From: Desulfurococcales archaeon
GTDB taxonomy: Archaea; Thermoproteota; Thermoprotei_A; Sulfolobales; NBVN01
NCBI GenBank assembly: GCA_023255965.1
Contig: JAGDWE010000055.1
Coordinates: forward strand, 155 to 64,154
Length of the DNA stretch: 64,000 nucleotides
Reading direction: 5' to 3'
The notes below the pieces were generated by a model. That model searched no databases. It had not been told where the DNA came from and saw nothing but the letters and a program-made list of their open reading frames with translations. Shown here piece after piece: positions 1 through 11,125 of this stretch. The stretch's first letter is position 1; every line of letters begins with the position of its first letter. The translations under genes were made by a program, and so were the position numbers.

Positions 1-1327
<1,327 letters not shown>

Positions 1328-1350
<23 letters not shown>

Positions 1351-3061
1351 ATAATATGACCTCCTTCAAGCTACCTCCTGGTGGGAGGGTTGGTAATGCT
1401 AATTCCCCCCTATATGTAGGTACTCTTATTACTGAGGTGATGGCGTCATTAATCGACCTCCTAACCGCTGTCTTTAGGTCCTCATAACTACCTACATCGT
1501 AGCCTATAGCACCAAAGCTCTCCGCCAGTTTCACGTAATCAGGCGAGGATCCGAAATCCACTCCTACAACTCTTCCCCTAAAGAACATTCTCTGAACCTG
1601 CCTTACTAGGCCTAAGGACCTATTATCAAATATTACTACTAATATTGGTAAATTCTCCTCTATGGTTACCGCTAAGTTATTCATGGTCATTAAGAATGAC
1701 CCATCCCCATCTAAATCAACTACGACTTTATCAGGTCTCGCTACCTTAGCACCGATGGCAGCAGGAAGCCCGAAGCCCATAGTACCCATACCTCCTGATG
1801 TTAGTAACGTCCTCGGCTGGAGAACATCCCAGAAATTAGCTATCCACATCTGGTGCTGACCTACACCGGTAGTTACTATCGCATCCGGTGGTAAAACCTC
1901 TCTGATGGTCTTTAAAACCTTCCACGGCTTTAATCCGAATTCATCGTCTTCTACATAGTAGTACTTAGCATAGAATTCCTTTAATTCCTTGATTCGGGAG
2001 ATCCAATTATACCTACTAGAGTTGTGGCTGATGTTTAGGATTCGATTTAATAACGCCCTTAAAGCTACCTTAACGTCGCCGCAGATCTTTACATCTACAT
2101 CTATAGGGAGTTTCTTAATATCGGTTGGATCGATGTTTATGATTATGATCCTCCTACCACCTTCCTGTAAGTCCTTAAACGTAGGTATAGTCCTATCACT
2201 TAACCTAGCTCCAACGACTAATATCGCATCTGATTCTAAAAGAGCCATATTCGCCTCAGCCCTTCCGTAATAGCCAACTACACCTAAGTAGAGTGGATAG
2301 TCGTGAGGAACTGCTGCCTTGCCGAGCAATGTTGATACTATTGGACATAAGAGTAACTCCGATAACTTAATGAGTTCCTCTGACGCTCCAGACCACATAA
2401 CTCCTGATCCTGCAAGGATTAATGGTCTTTCAGCATTTACTAATATATCAATGGCCTTATCTATATCCTCATCCCTTATATTATCCTTAAATGGTTTATA
2501 GCCATCAATTAATGGTTCATCAGCCCATACGATGTCATCGACTTCGGCCATTAGTAAGTCCCTTGGAATATCAACCACCACCGGCCCTGGCTTGCCGGTT
2601 GATGCTATGTAGAACGCATTCTTAATCCATAAAGGTATCTCCTTAGCGTCCTTCAATTGCACAACGTATTTAGCTATATGTTGCATGACTCCAAGTACGT
2701 CGGCCTCCTGGAATGCCTTCCTTCCGATTACAGCTCTGGGCACCTGACCAGTTATTGCTACCACTGGACTGTTGTCCCAATACGCTGTTATGAGCCCTGT
2801 AACCAAGTTCATGGTCCCTGGGCCAGATGTCGCAGTACATACTCCAGGCCTTCCAGTAATTCTTGCGTATCCGTCTGCGGCATGTGCTGCACCTTGCTCA
2901 TGTCTCATAAGTATATGTCTTATCTCCTCATTAGATATATAATCATATAATTCATCATATATAGCCATATTGGAGAGTCCTGGTATGCCAAATATCACCT
3001 TTACCCCTTCCCTTTTAAGCGCTTCTACAACTAGCTTAGCTCCTGTAACCATATATAACAC
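1328..3061 (-). CDS. ilvB: Acetolactate synthase large subunit (ThDP-dependent)
   Basis: 577 aa with the ThDP motif DLDGDGSFLMTMNNL, an AHAS-type N-terminal pyrimidine-binding domain and a middle domain. Confidence 0.93.
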
Positions 3062-3170
3062 CTGCAGGTAGCGTCATAAGGCTTATTAACAAGCCATAAT
3101 TTGATTTACGGGGAACTATTTTTACCTTAATTAATGAATTTGGGGTACTTCCACCTACATCACCAGCTCA

Positions 3171-4295
3171 TTAATTATTAGGGATTTTTAAGTCTTTATG
3201 GTCTTTGATTCCTTCCTTAATTGAGGTCCTATATCTATTAACTAATTCTATAATATCGCTATAATCTAACCTTAAACCCTTATCCCCTAACTCCTTGATA
3301 GCCTTTAATAATTCATTAACTAACTCCTCATCCGGCTCCACACCCATCTGCTTTAACATGTACATTACTGCATGTCTCCCGCTATGCTTGCCAAGAACTA
3401 TCCTTCTACTCATCCCAACTACCTCAGGACTTATTGCTTCATAGGTTAATGGATTGGAGAGCACCCCATGTACGTGAATGCCTGACTCATGGGAGAATGC
3501 ATTAATACCTACTATAGGCTTATTAACCGGTATCGTGAACCCGAAGGACTCAGCAACAAGTAATGCCGTAGATGCTATTAACTCAAACCTAATACCTACA
3601 TCTAAACCTAAGAGGAACTTCAACGCAGTAGCTACCTCCTCTAAGGCTGCGTTCCCAGCTCTTTCGCCAACCCCTAATACAGTTACATGAACTTGGTCAG
3701 CTCCTGCCTCAACAGCAGCTATGCTATTAGCTACAGCCATGCCGAAGTCGTTATGACAGTGGACGCTTAATACGTAATTACCCCTAACATTGGTTTTAAC
3801 GTAGTTCACTAAGTGGGACATACGTGAAGGCCATATAACTCCAACCGTATCAGCTATGTCTATCCTATTAGCACCTGCGTTTATTACTTCCTGAAACACC
3901 TTTACTAGGAATTCAGGTCGCGATCTAGTCGCATCCTCAGCACTAAATTCAACTATAAGCCCATGAGATCTTGCATACTCAACCGCTGTAACGGCTCTTT
4001 CAATGACTTCCTCTGGACTTAAGCGTAGCTTATAATTCATGTGAATATCTGAGGTGGCTATGAATAAGTGTACTGCGTTAGCCCCTGAATCCACTACCAT
4101 ATCAATATCCTCCCTGGTAGACCTAGCTAACGCTATTACCTCAGATTTACTTACCTCCTTGGAGATCATTTTAATAGCGTTGAACTCCCCCTTACTTACT
4201 ATTGGGAAGCCAGCTTCTATAGAATCTACACCTAATTCCTCAAGTGCGAGGGCTATTCTTAACTTGCTTTCAGGTGTTAAAGCAATACCAGGCAT
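3171..4295 (-). CDS. 2-isopropylmalate / citramalate / homocitrate synthase family enzyme (short form)
   Basis: 374 aa with DRE-TIM aldolase motifs HCHNDFGMAVANS and SHESGIHVHG. There is no LeuA C-terminal regulatory domain, so the exact substrate is open. It sits upstream of ilvBNC. Confidence 0.85.
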   Translation of the reverse strand: MPGIALTPESKLRIALALEELGVDSIEAGFPIVSKGEFNAIKMISKEVSKSEVIALARSTREDIDMVVDSGANAVHLFIATSDIHMNYKLRLSPEEVIERAVTAVEYARSHGLIVEFSAEDATRSRPEFLVKVFQEVINAGANRIDIADTVGVIWPSRMSHLVNYVKTNVRGNYVLSVHCHNDFGMAVANSIAAVEAGADQVHVTVLGVGERAGNAALEEVATALKFLLGLDVGIRFELIASTALLVAESFGFTIPVNKPIVGINAFSHESGIHVHGVLSNPLTYEAISPEVVGMSRRIVLGKHSGRHAVMYMLKQMGVEPDEELVNELLKAIKELGDKGLRLDYSDIIELVNRYRTSIKEGIKDHKDLKIPNN

Positions 4296-4506
4296 TTGTT
4301 CCCCGTCCCTTAGTGTTGTATCTAATAATCTAACATATCTATTGGTTTTACAGGGTTTGAAATTACCTAATACGGAACTAGCAATACGGATCCCTCGCCT
4401 TGTAGATACTTAATTGAGGTATAAAAAGTTATCGTTGTCTGCTACAGCGAATTTATTTTAAAGCATGTTAATGTGGTGTTAGAAATTATAAAGCGTATGC
4501 ATATTT

Positions 4507-5796
4507 ATGTTTATTAATAAGTTTATAAGGCTTACTTACAATAGTTTAGGGGCGTGTTTAATGGGTGCGCCAACCTTAGGATTTAAGAGCATTATAGATG
4601 AGTTAGGCGGTGAGGCTGCATTCGCTTACTTAGCCAGAGCTAAGGAGTTAGCGAGTAAAGGTATTAACGTAATTAACTTCGGGATCGGCCAACCTGATAT
4701 CCCTACCTTCGATCACATAATTAAAGCAGCTAAGGATGCCTTAGATGCTAGATTTACTGGATACACAGAGACTGTGGGTATTAGGGAGCTGAGGGAAGCG
4801 ATAAGTGAGTACATAAACCGTAGGTATAATTCCGACGTTAAGCCTTCAGAAATAATACTAACACCAGGGGCTAAATGCGCGTTATTTCTAGCTATAGCCG
4901 CCTATCTTAGGGAGGGAGACGAAATCATAGTCCCTGAGCCAACATTTCCAGCATATCCTGAGGTAGCTAAGTTCTTCGGCGCTAAGCCGGTCTACGTACC
5001 CCTTAAATGGCTAGGGGGTGATGGTGGTTTCACCCTTGATCTAGACGCCATCGAAAGAGCTATGACGAGTAGGACTAAAATGATAGTCATAAATAACCCG
5101 CATAATCCTACCGGCAAGCTATTTACTAAGGAGGAGATAGAGGAGCTCATGGCCCTAGCTAAGAAGAGGGGGATTATAGTCTTAGCTGATGAGATATATG
5201 ATCACTTCGTTTATGATGAGGCTAACTTTAAGTCACTCCTCTCCTTACCAGAGTGGCGTGACTATGTGGTATATGTTAATGGATTTTCAAAGACTTACTC
5301 AATGACTGGATGGAGATTAGGATACTTAATAGCAAGGGAGGATGTTACATCAAAATTAAGCAAGCTCGCCGTTAACGTGTATAGCTGTCCAAATAGCTTC
5401 GTCCAGAAGGCTGCTATAGAGGCAATTAAGGGATCCGGGGAGAGCATTAAGAGGATGATTAATTTATTTAGAGAGAGAAGGGACTTCATATACGCTAGGT
5501 TGAGGGAGGTGTATGGGTTTGATGTATGGCCTAGTAAGGGCGCATTCTACATATTCCCAAACATTAGTAGAGTACTTAATGAAGCAAGGCTCAGTGTAGA
5601 GGAATTCGTAAGTCATCTATTAATGAATTACGGGGTAGTAGTACTCCCAGGTACAGCATTTCCTGAGAACGCAGGTAAGGAATTCATAAGAATTAGTTTT
5701 GCAGTAGATTTAAAGGACATAGATGAGGGCGTCAAGAGAATTAAGGAGTGCGTTTCAGATTTAATCAACAAAAAGCGATTAGCTCGGCCTATTTAA
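4507..5796 (+). CDS. Class I/II pyridoxal-phosphate aminotransferase (aspartate aminotransferase-like)
   Basis: PLP-lysine motif NGFSKTYSMTGWRLGY and NNPHNPTG are present. The true start is more likely the ATG at 4561 (MGAPTLGF...). Confidence 0.88.
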   Translation: MFINKFIRLTYNSLGACLMGAPTLGFKSIIDELGGEAAFAYLARAKELASKGINVINFGIGQPDIPTFDHIIKAAKDALDARFTGYTETVGIRELREAISEYINRRYNSDVKPSEIILTPGAKCALFLAIAAYLREGDEIIVPEPTFPAYPEVAKFFGAKPVYVPLKWLGGDGGFTLDLDAIERAMTSRTKMIVINNPHNPTGKLFTKEEIEELMALAKKRGIIVLADEIYDHFVYDEANFKSLLSLPEWRDYVVYVNGFSKTYSMTGWRLGYLIAREDVTSKLSKLAVNVYSCPNSFVQKAAIEAIKGSGESIKRMINLFRERRDFIYARLREVYGFDVWPSKGAFYIFPNISRVLNEARLSVEEFVSHLLMNYGVVVLPGTAFPENAGKEFIRISFAVDLKDIDEGVKRIKECVSDLINKKRLARPI

Positions 5797-5962
5797 CGAC
5801 TAGCTTCTTAACCTTAAGTTCCCCATGGGGTTGAGCGCTTGTATCTATTAGCTTTATTAGGGCCAGCCTAATGACTTCGGATCTACTCATGCCATGCCTT
5901 ATAGCATACCTATCTACCGCCTCCAAGACATCCTCAGTTAACTTAAACGTAATTACTCTCAC
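5789..5962 (-). CDS. Ribbon-helix-helix (CopG/Arc-like) DNA-binding protein, 57 aa
   Basis: Below the ORF-track size cutoff. GTG start at 5962 preceded by GGTG. Translation VRVITFKLTEDVLEAVDRYAIRHGMSRSEVIRLALIKLI... shows a beta-strand followed by two helices, typical of RHH. Confidence 0.55.
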   Translation of the reverse strand: MRVITFKLTEDVLEAVDRYAIRHGMSRSEVIRLALIKLIDTSAQPHGELKVKKLVVK

Positions 5963-6028
5963 TAATTACACCGTACTTGGTGGTAATTTATCTAGTATTT
6001 ATTTAATTATGTAATATGGGTACATAGA

Positions 6029-6613
6029 GTGTTATGTGAAAGTAATTCTCATTTAACTATATTAGCTAAGGAAGCGTCTGTAGAGAATGTGAAGGGAGAG
6101 CATACTATAAGGGTATTGGACGAGGATGGTAATCTAACGATTGATCTAACCGCTTTCTACATATTACTTAAATACGGATTAGCAAGGCTCTACGGCCCTA
6201 ATATGATCATTGATGGTTCTGATCTGATCAGAGCATATAATTGCCTAAAGCGTACTACTATGCCTAGATTGCCTACAATTGATTATTGCCCGTCAGATGA
6301 GCCGATTAAAATTCACGACTTAAGTGACGAACTAAGTAATTTATGTACCGAGGTTTATAGGTTCTTAAACGATAAATGCGCAGCATGCGTTATTAAGGTG
6401 TATTCGCTAGCGGCTAATGAGTGGTTGATCGATAGTAAGGAATTGGTGAAGCTGCTTGACTTGAGTATAGAATATAACCTTTCAGTTGAGTTTAGGCGCG
6501 GGTGTATAATTCTGAGTTCATGCCCTAGCAGTTACGAGGAAGTAAATAATAGTTACTCCTACGTCGACGGATTAAAGGTCCTTAAGAGGGCTCTAACTCA
6601 TCTGAATAAGTGA
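6029..6613 (+). CDS. Hypothetical protein (194 aa)
   Basis: Long ORF with ordinary composition and no motif I recognise. It is divergent from the RHH gene. Confidence 0.5.
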   Translation: MLCESNSHLTILAKEASVENVKGEHTIRVLDEDGNLTIDLTAFYILLKYGLARLYGPNMIIDGSDLIRAYNCLKRTTMPRLPTIDYCPSDEPIKIHDLSDELSNLCTEVYRFLNDKCAACVIKVYSLAANEWLIDSKELVKLLDLSIEYNLSVEFRRGCIILSSCPSSYEEVNNSYSYVDGLKVLKRALTHLNK

Positions 6614-6778
6614 TAATTTAGCATCCCCCACATTTATCCGGGTTTAAATGCTCCATTTGGGGGTAGTTAAGAAGTAAAGCCCCTGCGTCGGCTCCTTGGG
6701 ATTGACATCAAATCACGTACCATCAGCACCCACCACTAGAGGGGTAGGGCTTATAAGCCAGAGCTTACGAGCCTCCAT

Positions 6779-6811
6779 CTCCGCCCTTTAATGCGGGAGT
6801 TCTCAGCTGTA
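6779..6811 (+). repeat. GC hairpin repeat, looser relative
   Basis: CTCCGCCCTTTAATGCGGGAGTTCTCAGCTGTA has the same layout. Its tail TTCTCAGCTGTA parallels CTTCCAGCTGTA of the 53851 copy. Confidence 0.5.
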
Positions 6812-6825
6812 GGTCCTAGTTCGAA

Positions 6826-7617
6826 TCACCCTCTAGGAGCTGGCGGAAGGTAGTAATAAACTATCTTACCCTCTAAGTAATCCCTTATGATCGCCTTAGC
6901 TGCCTCAGTAATTAATGCTTCACCACTACCCTTTGCCGTCCAACCCCTCTTTAATGCCACTGCCCTTAAAATTGCCTCAGGATCTAGAACGTCGATTCCG
7001 TAGGCTTCCTTAAAAGCATTACGATTATATTGAATTACTTTATTTATTAACCTCACAGCAACGGCTATGACGTTATTGATTTCATCTATGGGCTTAGCCC
7101 TAATGACTAAGTCGACGTCATCACCTTCTGGGGGGATCAATCCTGGGGTGTCGATTAGATACATATTACCGCCAACCCTATAGAGTTGAGCTTTAGTTGT
7201 ATAGCCTGGACTACCTGGTAGCGGTGACGTACTAGCTGAATGCCTACCTTTAAGGGTGTTTATTAGGGTTGATTTACCTACCTTAGGTAGTCCGGTGATG
7301 AGGACCACTACAGGGGTCTTAATCGCAATACGTTTAATTTCGTTTCTTAATACCCTACTACCAAGCCTCTCTCTAGCTGAGATGTATACTGAGTTCATGC
7401 CCTGCGTAGTGAAGTACTTCCTCCATGCCTCTGCAACGCTTCTTGGGACTAAATCAGCTTTATTGAGGACTATAATTAGCTGCTTGCTTGAACTGCGGAC
7501 TAACGACTCTAGCTTAGGACTTCTAGTAACTAACGGATCCCTAATATCAACTAGCTCTAAGACCACATCTGACATCTCTATCAACTCCTTAATTACTCCC
7601 CAACCAGCTAACTTCAT
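6826..7617 (-). CDS. Circularly permuted GTPase (YlqF/RbgA/Nog2-like ribosome biogenesis GTPase)
   Basis: The G motifs are in permuted order: NKADL (G4) precedes GLPKVGKST (G1) and DTPG (G3). Confidence 0.85.
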   Translation of the reverse strand: MKLAGWGVIKELIEMSDVVLELVDIRDPLVTRSPKLESLVRSSSKQLIIVLNKADLVPRSVAEAWRKYFTTQGMNSVYISARERLGSRVLRNEIKRIAIKTPVVVLITGLPKVGKSTLINTLKGRHSASTSPLPGSPGYTTKAQLYRVGGNMYLIDTPGLIPPEGDDVDLVIRAKPIDEINNVIAVAVRLINKVIQYNRNAFKEAYGIDVLDPEAILRAVALKRGWTAKGSGEALITEAAKAIIRDYLEGKIVYYYLPPAPRG

Positions 7618-7691
7618 GATCCTAAGTCCTTAACCTACTATCATTATTCCTTAGCCTTATAATGTTTAAATCCTAAAATATACAGGGTTAG

Positions 7692-8024
7692 ATGATGTCT
7701 TCCTTAGAAAGCTTAGATATAACGGTTAAGAAGGTTAAGTCCATTAAAACAGCTGATAACAAATACGATGCCATAATCGATATAGCAATCAGCGATAGGG
7801 AATTAAAGATAATAATACCATGCTTAACTAAAACCCCAGCTGACGTTAGGGTGTATCAGGAATTAAATAACATTAAATTAGAGCTGGTGGATCCATCTAA
7901 TACAGGCTTCGCAACGTGCTTCATTAGCCCTAAGATAGTGGAGTCTAAATGTAAGGAATTAATATGTAGGGGTCAGGCATGGATTATAAGTGAAGAACAT
8001 CTAAGAGAGCATTGCATAAGTTGA
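7692..8024 (+). CDS. Hypothetical protein (110 aa)
   Basis: ORF only, with no recognisable motif. Confidence 0.4.
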   Translation: MMSSLESLDITVKKVKSIKTADNKYDAIIDIAISDRELKIIIPCLTKTPADVRVYQELNNIKLELVDPSNTGFATCFISPKIVESKCKELICRGQAWIISEEHLREHCIS

Positions 8025-8134
8025 GAATTAAATCCTATCGCATGGTAAAATCATTTTCATGCGATTATCAGTAAATTTAAAAGACAAGTTAAGTTTAAAT
8101 TTCATGTATTCAACTAAATAATAGGTATAACCAA

Positions 8135-8510
8135 ATGAGGAATTTAAGTGATCTAATTTATACATCAGAGAAATTAAGTCCTGAAATAAAACCTAAAGGA
8201 GAATATCATTTACCCAAAATCGAGGTCCCTGACAGCGCTAAATCAGGTGAGCCAATTAAGGTGAGAGTTATTGTAGGCCCTCATCCAAACACCCCGGAAC
8301 ATTATATAAGAGGAATTGAAATTTACTTCAGTGAAGATGGAAGATCGTTCAACCCGATTTTAATAGCATCTGCCGACTTAACACCTCAGTATCCAGGGCC
8401 CGACATAACATTTACCATTAAATTAAGTAAGAGCGGCGTACTATATAATTACAGGGTACTGCACCTTACATGGTATTTGGGAAGTAAGAAAGGAAATTAA
8501 AGCATCTTAA
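8135..8510 (+). CDS. sor: Superoxide reductase (neelaredoxin-type), apparently frameshifted near 8445-8450
   Basis: The frame from 8135 gives KGEYHLPKIE...GPHPNTPEHYIRGIEIYF (SOR His ligand motifs) but ends without the Cys. The +1 frame from 8448 reads ITGYCTLHGIWEVRKEIKAS with a stop at 8508-8510, which is the conserved C-x2-H ligand motif. Confidence 0.75.
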
Positions 8511-8533
8511 GCACTATTAATCAGTTAGATACT

Positions 8534-8971
8534 ATGAGCGATTTAAAGTTGGTGGATGAGAAGGATCTAAAGATACTTGAGATGTTACTTGCCAATGCTC
8601 GAACCCCGTTTACTGATATAGCGAGGGAAGTAGGCATTAGTGATGTTGCCGTTGCTAAGAGGATTAAGAGGTTGGAGAATTTAGGCATCATAAAGAAGTA
8701 CACAATACTACTTAATTATAGCAGACTTAATTATGTAGCATCATTAACTGGCATAGATGTTGAACCTGAGCACCTATATACAATTACTGATGAGTTGAAG
8801 AAGAAGGGGTACATTAAGTATCTAGCTTTAACTACGGGGGATCACTCGCTTATAGCATTTATAACAGCAAGAAATAGCGCTGAGATGTCCGAAATACATA
8901 AAGAGTTGCTTGCTACAAGGGGAATTAAGAGGGTTTGTCCAGCGATAATAATTGATATGATTAAGTATTAG
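8534..8971 (+). CDS. Lrp/AsnC family transcriptional regulator
   Basis: N-terminal wHTH (LDEKDLKILEMLLANARTPFTDIAREVGISDVAVAKRIKRLE) followed by a C-terminal RAM domain. Confidence 0.9.
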   Translation: MSDLKLVDEKDLKILEMLLANARTPFTDIAREVGISDVAVAKRIKRLENLGIIKKYTILLNYSRLNYVASLTGIDVEPEHLYTITDELKKKGYIKYLALTTGDHSLIAFITARNSAEMSEIHKELLATRGIKRVCPAIIIDMIKY

Positions 8972-9819
8972 GGAGGGCTTACTCCATAGTGTCTTACAAT
9001 GTTATCTATGTTTAACTTGGCTATGTACTCCTCGTTAACTACGTCATCATTAACTAATGCCTTCTGATTGCTAATTATATCCCAAGGATATGAGGAGACC
9101 CCAGGTCTTCTAGGATCATCTACGAAGTCGCTTTCAATCACGTAAACTGGTTTTAACCTCTTAAACGCTTCCCTCAATATTTGTAGTTTACCTGGTACTG
9201 AGTAAAAAAGCCCTAATCTCTCAGCTTCTACAGCAGCCCTTATATCTAGGTGGTGGAGCATCACCAATGACCTACTTACTGAGTTGTATCCAAGTAACTC
9301 ATCTATGTCTAGGGCTGTAATGTAACCACCTTGCTCTAAATGGAGGTGTATGTTTACATTAAGATCTCTCGCTAGGGTTAGACTGTGTCTAAGTATCAGA
9401 TTATTAAGGACGAAGGCTTCAGGTACTGTCTTATAGTGCGGCCTACCTACCTCTCCTATACCATCTATGGCCCCCTCCTTAATTAATGTACTTATATGGT
9501 TAAGCACCTTTAAAGCTAAGTAATAAGCTTCATCACATTTAAGAATTCCCTTAGCAATCAATCTCTCCAAATCTGCTGGATGAATACCCGCTAAGCACTT
9601 TACAACTAAGCCCTCACTTCTAGCTGTTTTACATTCATTAATTAATACCTCAATGCTCTTTACATAATCATTAAACGTAGCACCGAGTCCATAATGATGT
9701 GGTGGTAATGATACTATTGCCATAAACCATCCGCCTAACCCCTTAAATTTACGTGCAACTGCTTTAGCCCCTAATCCCTTAATCGGGTTTGTATGGAGGT
9801 GGGCGTCAGCAAATAACAT
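8968..9819 (-). CDS. TatD-family metal-dependent hydrolase
   Basis: N-terminal DAHLH metal motif and TIM-barrel amidohydrolase pattern; 283 aa. Confidence 0.72.
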   Translation of the reverse strand: MLFADAHLHTNPIKGLGAKAVARKFKGLGGWFMAIVSLPPHHYGLGATFNDYVKSIEVLINECKTARSEGLVVKCLAGIHPADLERLIAKGILKCDEAYYLALKVLNHISTLIKEGAIDGIGEVGRPHYKTVPEAFVLNNLILRHSLTLARDLNVNIHLHLEQGGYITALDIDELLGYNSVSRSLVMLHHLDIRAAVEAERLGLFYSVPGKLQILREAFKRLKPVYVIESDFVDDPRRPGVSSYPWDIISNQKALVNDDVVNEEYIAKLNIDNIVRHYGVSPP

Positions 9820-9847
9820 TAAAATGGCCCCTGCCTTAGATTCGTGA

Positions 9848-11125
9848 CTAAGTCTCTATTATTTGAATTATTTCCTTCTGAGAAAGCTTGATTGCCCTCA
9901 AGTACTTGCTACTTATGTCCCTTAAGTCCCTATTTTCACCCATAATCATCACCGTGATTAATCTGATTCCTAGGGACTTAAGCTTCTTCCTAATGAGGTG
10001 TTCTGAGATTCTATCCTCTCCATCAGTGATTAGTATTACGTCGGTAACGCCTTTAGATACCCCATACTTAATATCCTCACATGCAGTCATTAATGCCTTA
10101 GTTATGTCCGTACCACCCCCGCTCTTAACCCTAGCTAGGTAGTCCATGAATTTTATCACATCGTCCCCCCTCATTCTCTTGGATATCCTTATGAGCTGGT
10201 GAGGGGACCCATTAAAGAACCTTATGAAGTACTCCCTCCTCTCCCTCCTAGACTTAATGAAGAGGGCTATAGCTGTTGCCTTAGCCCATTTGATCTTCTC
10301 GCCTTCCATACTACCCGACTTATCTAATAATACATATAAAGGCCCTAGATTCTCTGGTAATTCCTTATCGTAGAGCAATAGCTTACCATCCGATATCTTT
10401 ATATAGAAGTAGATCTCCGGGTAAATCAACTCCGTGGGAACCAGTCTCTCGATATCGCTTCCGAGCTCATATCCATGTAACTCGCCCTTAGATGACTTAA
10501 TGCTCTTCCTTTTGATCCTATGTGATACGTTAGGAATTAATGAGGAGACTTCTAATAGCTTTCTAACATCAGTCGACCTAGCCAATCTTAAGACGTCCTC
10601 AGCGCTCTCCTCTAAGTCTAGTAGAGAACCAATGCCAGCTTCATTACCCTCGCTTAGGATCCGTTCAATGTTTTTTAATACCTCACCCTCCTCTTTAACG
10701 TATTTTAGTGCGTTATTGACTGCCCTCCTTAAAGTGCCTTCATCCACATACTCATCAAATTTACCTGGTTCATTACCTTCTCTAGGACTAAAAGAGAGCT
10801 CGTCATGTAGATGTTGTAGGAAGCTCGCTGAAAGTAATGTGCTGAGTACGGAGTTAATTAATGTATAACTCTTAAGTTCCCTTAGAACATCACTATCTAT
10901 TAGCTCCCTAATTACGGTGTAGTTTTTCTCCTTACCATAGGGTACTTCGTTTGGATGTATTAGTACTGGGAGAGGTAAGTACATGCTGTAGTATGTGTCT
11001 ATAGCTAAGTCTAACTCGACCTTAGCTGTTCCTTTACTTAACTTCTTAACCGTGTCAATGACTTTCTCTCCTCTGTAGATTACTAATGGATCTTCGTACT
11101 TTATACCTCTCAAAACTCCCGGCAT
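9848..11125 (-). CDS. von Willebrand factor A (VWA) domain protein, MoxR partner
   Basis: C-terminal VWA domain with MIDAS-like LLDKSGSM...GGGTD...TDGED. Its start abuts the stop of the upstream MoxR ATPase. Confidence 0.8.
   Translation of the reverse strand: MPGVLRGIKYEDPLVIYRGEKVIDTVKKLSKGTAKVELDLAIDTYYSMYLPLPVLIHPNEVPYGKEKNYTVIRELIDSDVLRELKSYTLINSVLSTLLSASFLQHLHDELSFSPREGNEPGKFDEYVDEGTLRRAVNNALKYVKEEGEVLKNIERILSEGNEAGIGSLLDLEESAEDVLRLARSTDVRKLLEVSSLIPNVSHRIKRKSIKSSKGELHGYELGSDIERLVPTELIYPEIYFYIKISDGKLLLYDKELPENLGPLYVLLDKSGSMEGEKIKWAKATAIALFIKSRRERREYFIRFFNGSPHQLIRISKRMRGDDVIKFMDYLARVKSGGGTDITKALMTACEDIKYGVSKGVTDVILITDGEDRISEHLIRKKLKSLGIRLITVMIMGENRDLRDISSKYLRAIKLSQKEIIQIIET

Noticed and set aside
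6815-6836. A GTTCGAATC T-loop-like motif suggested a tRNA, or a split or intron-containing tRNA fragment.
   Set aside because: The bases flanking the putative loop are not complementary (CCTAG against CACCC). I could not build an acceptor, D or anticodon arm on either strand.
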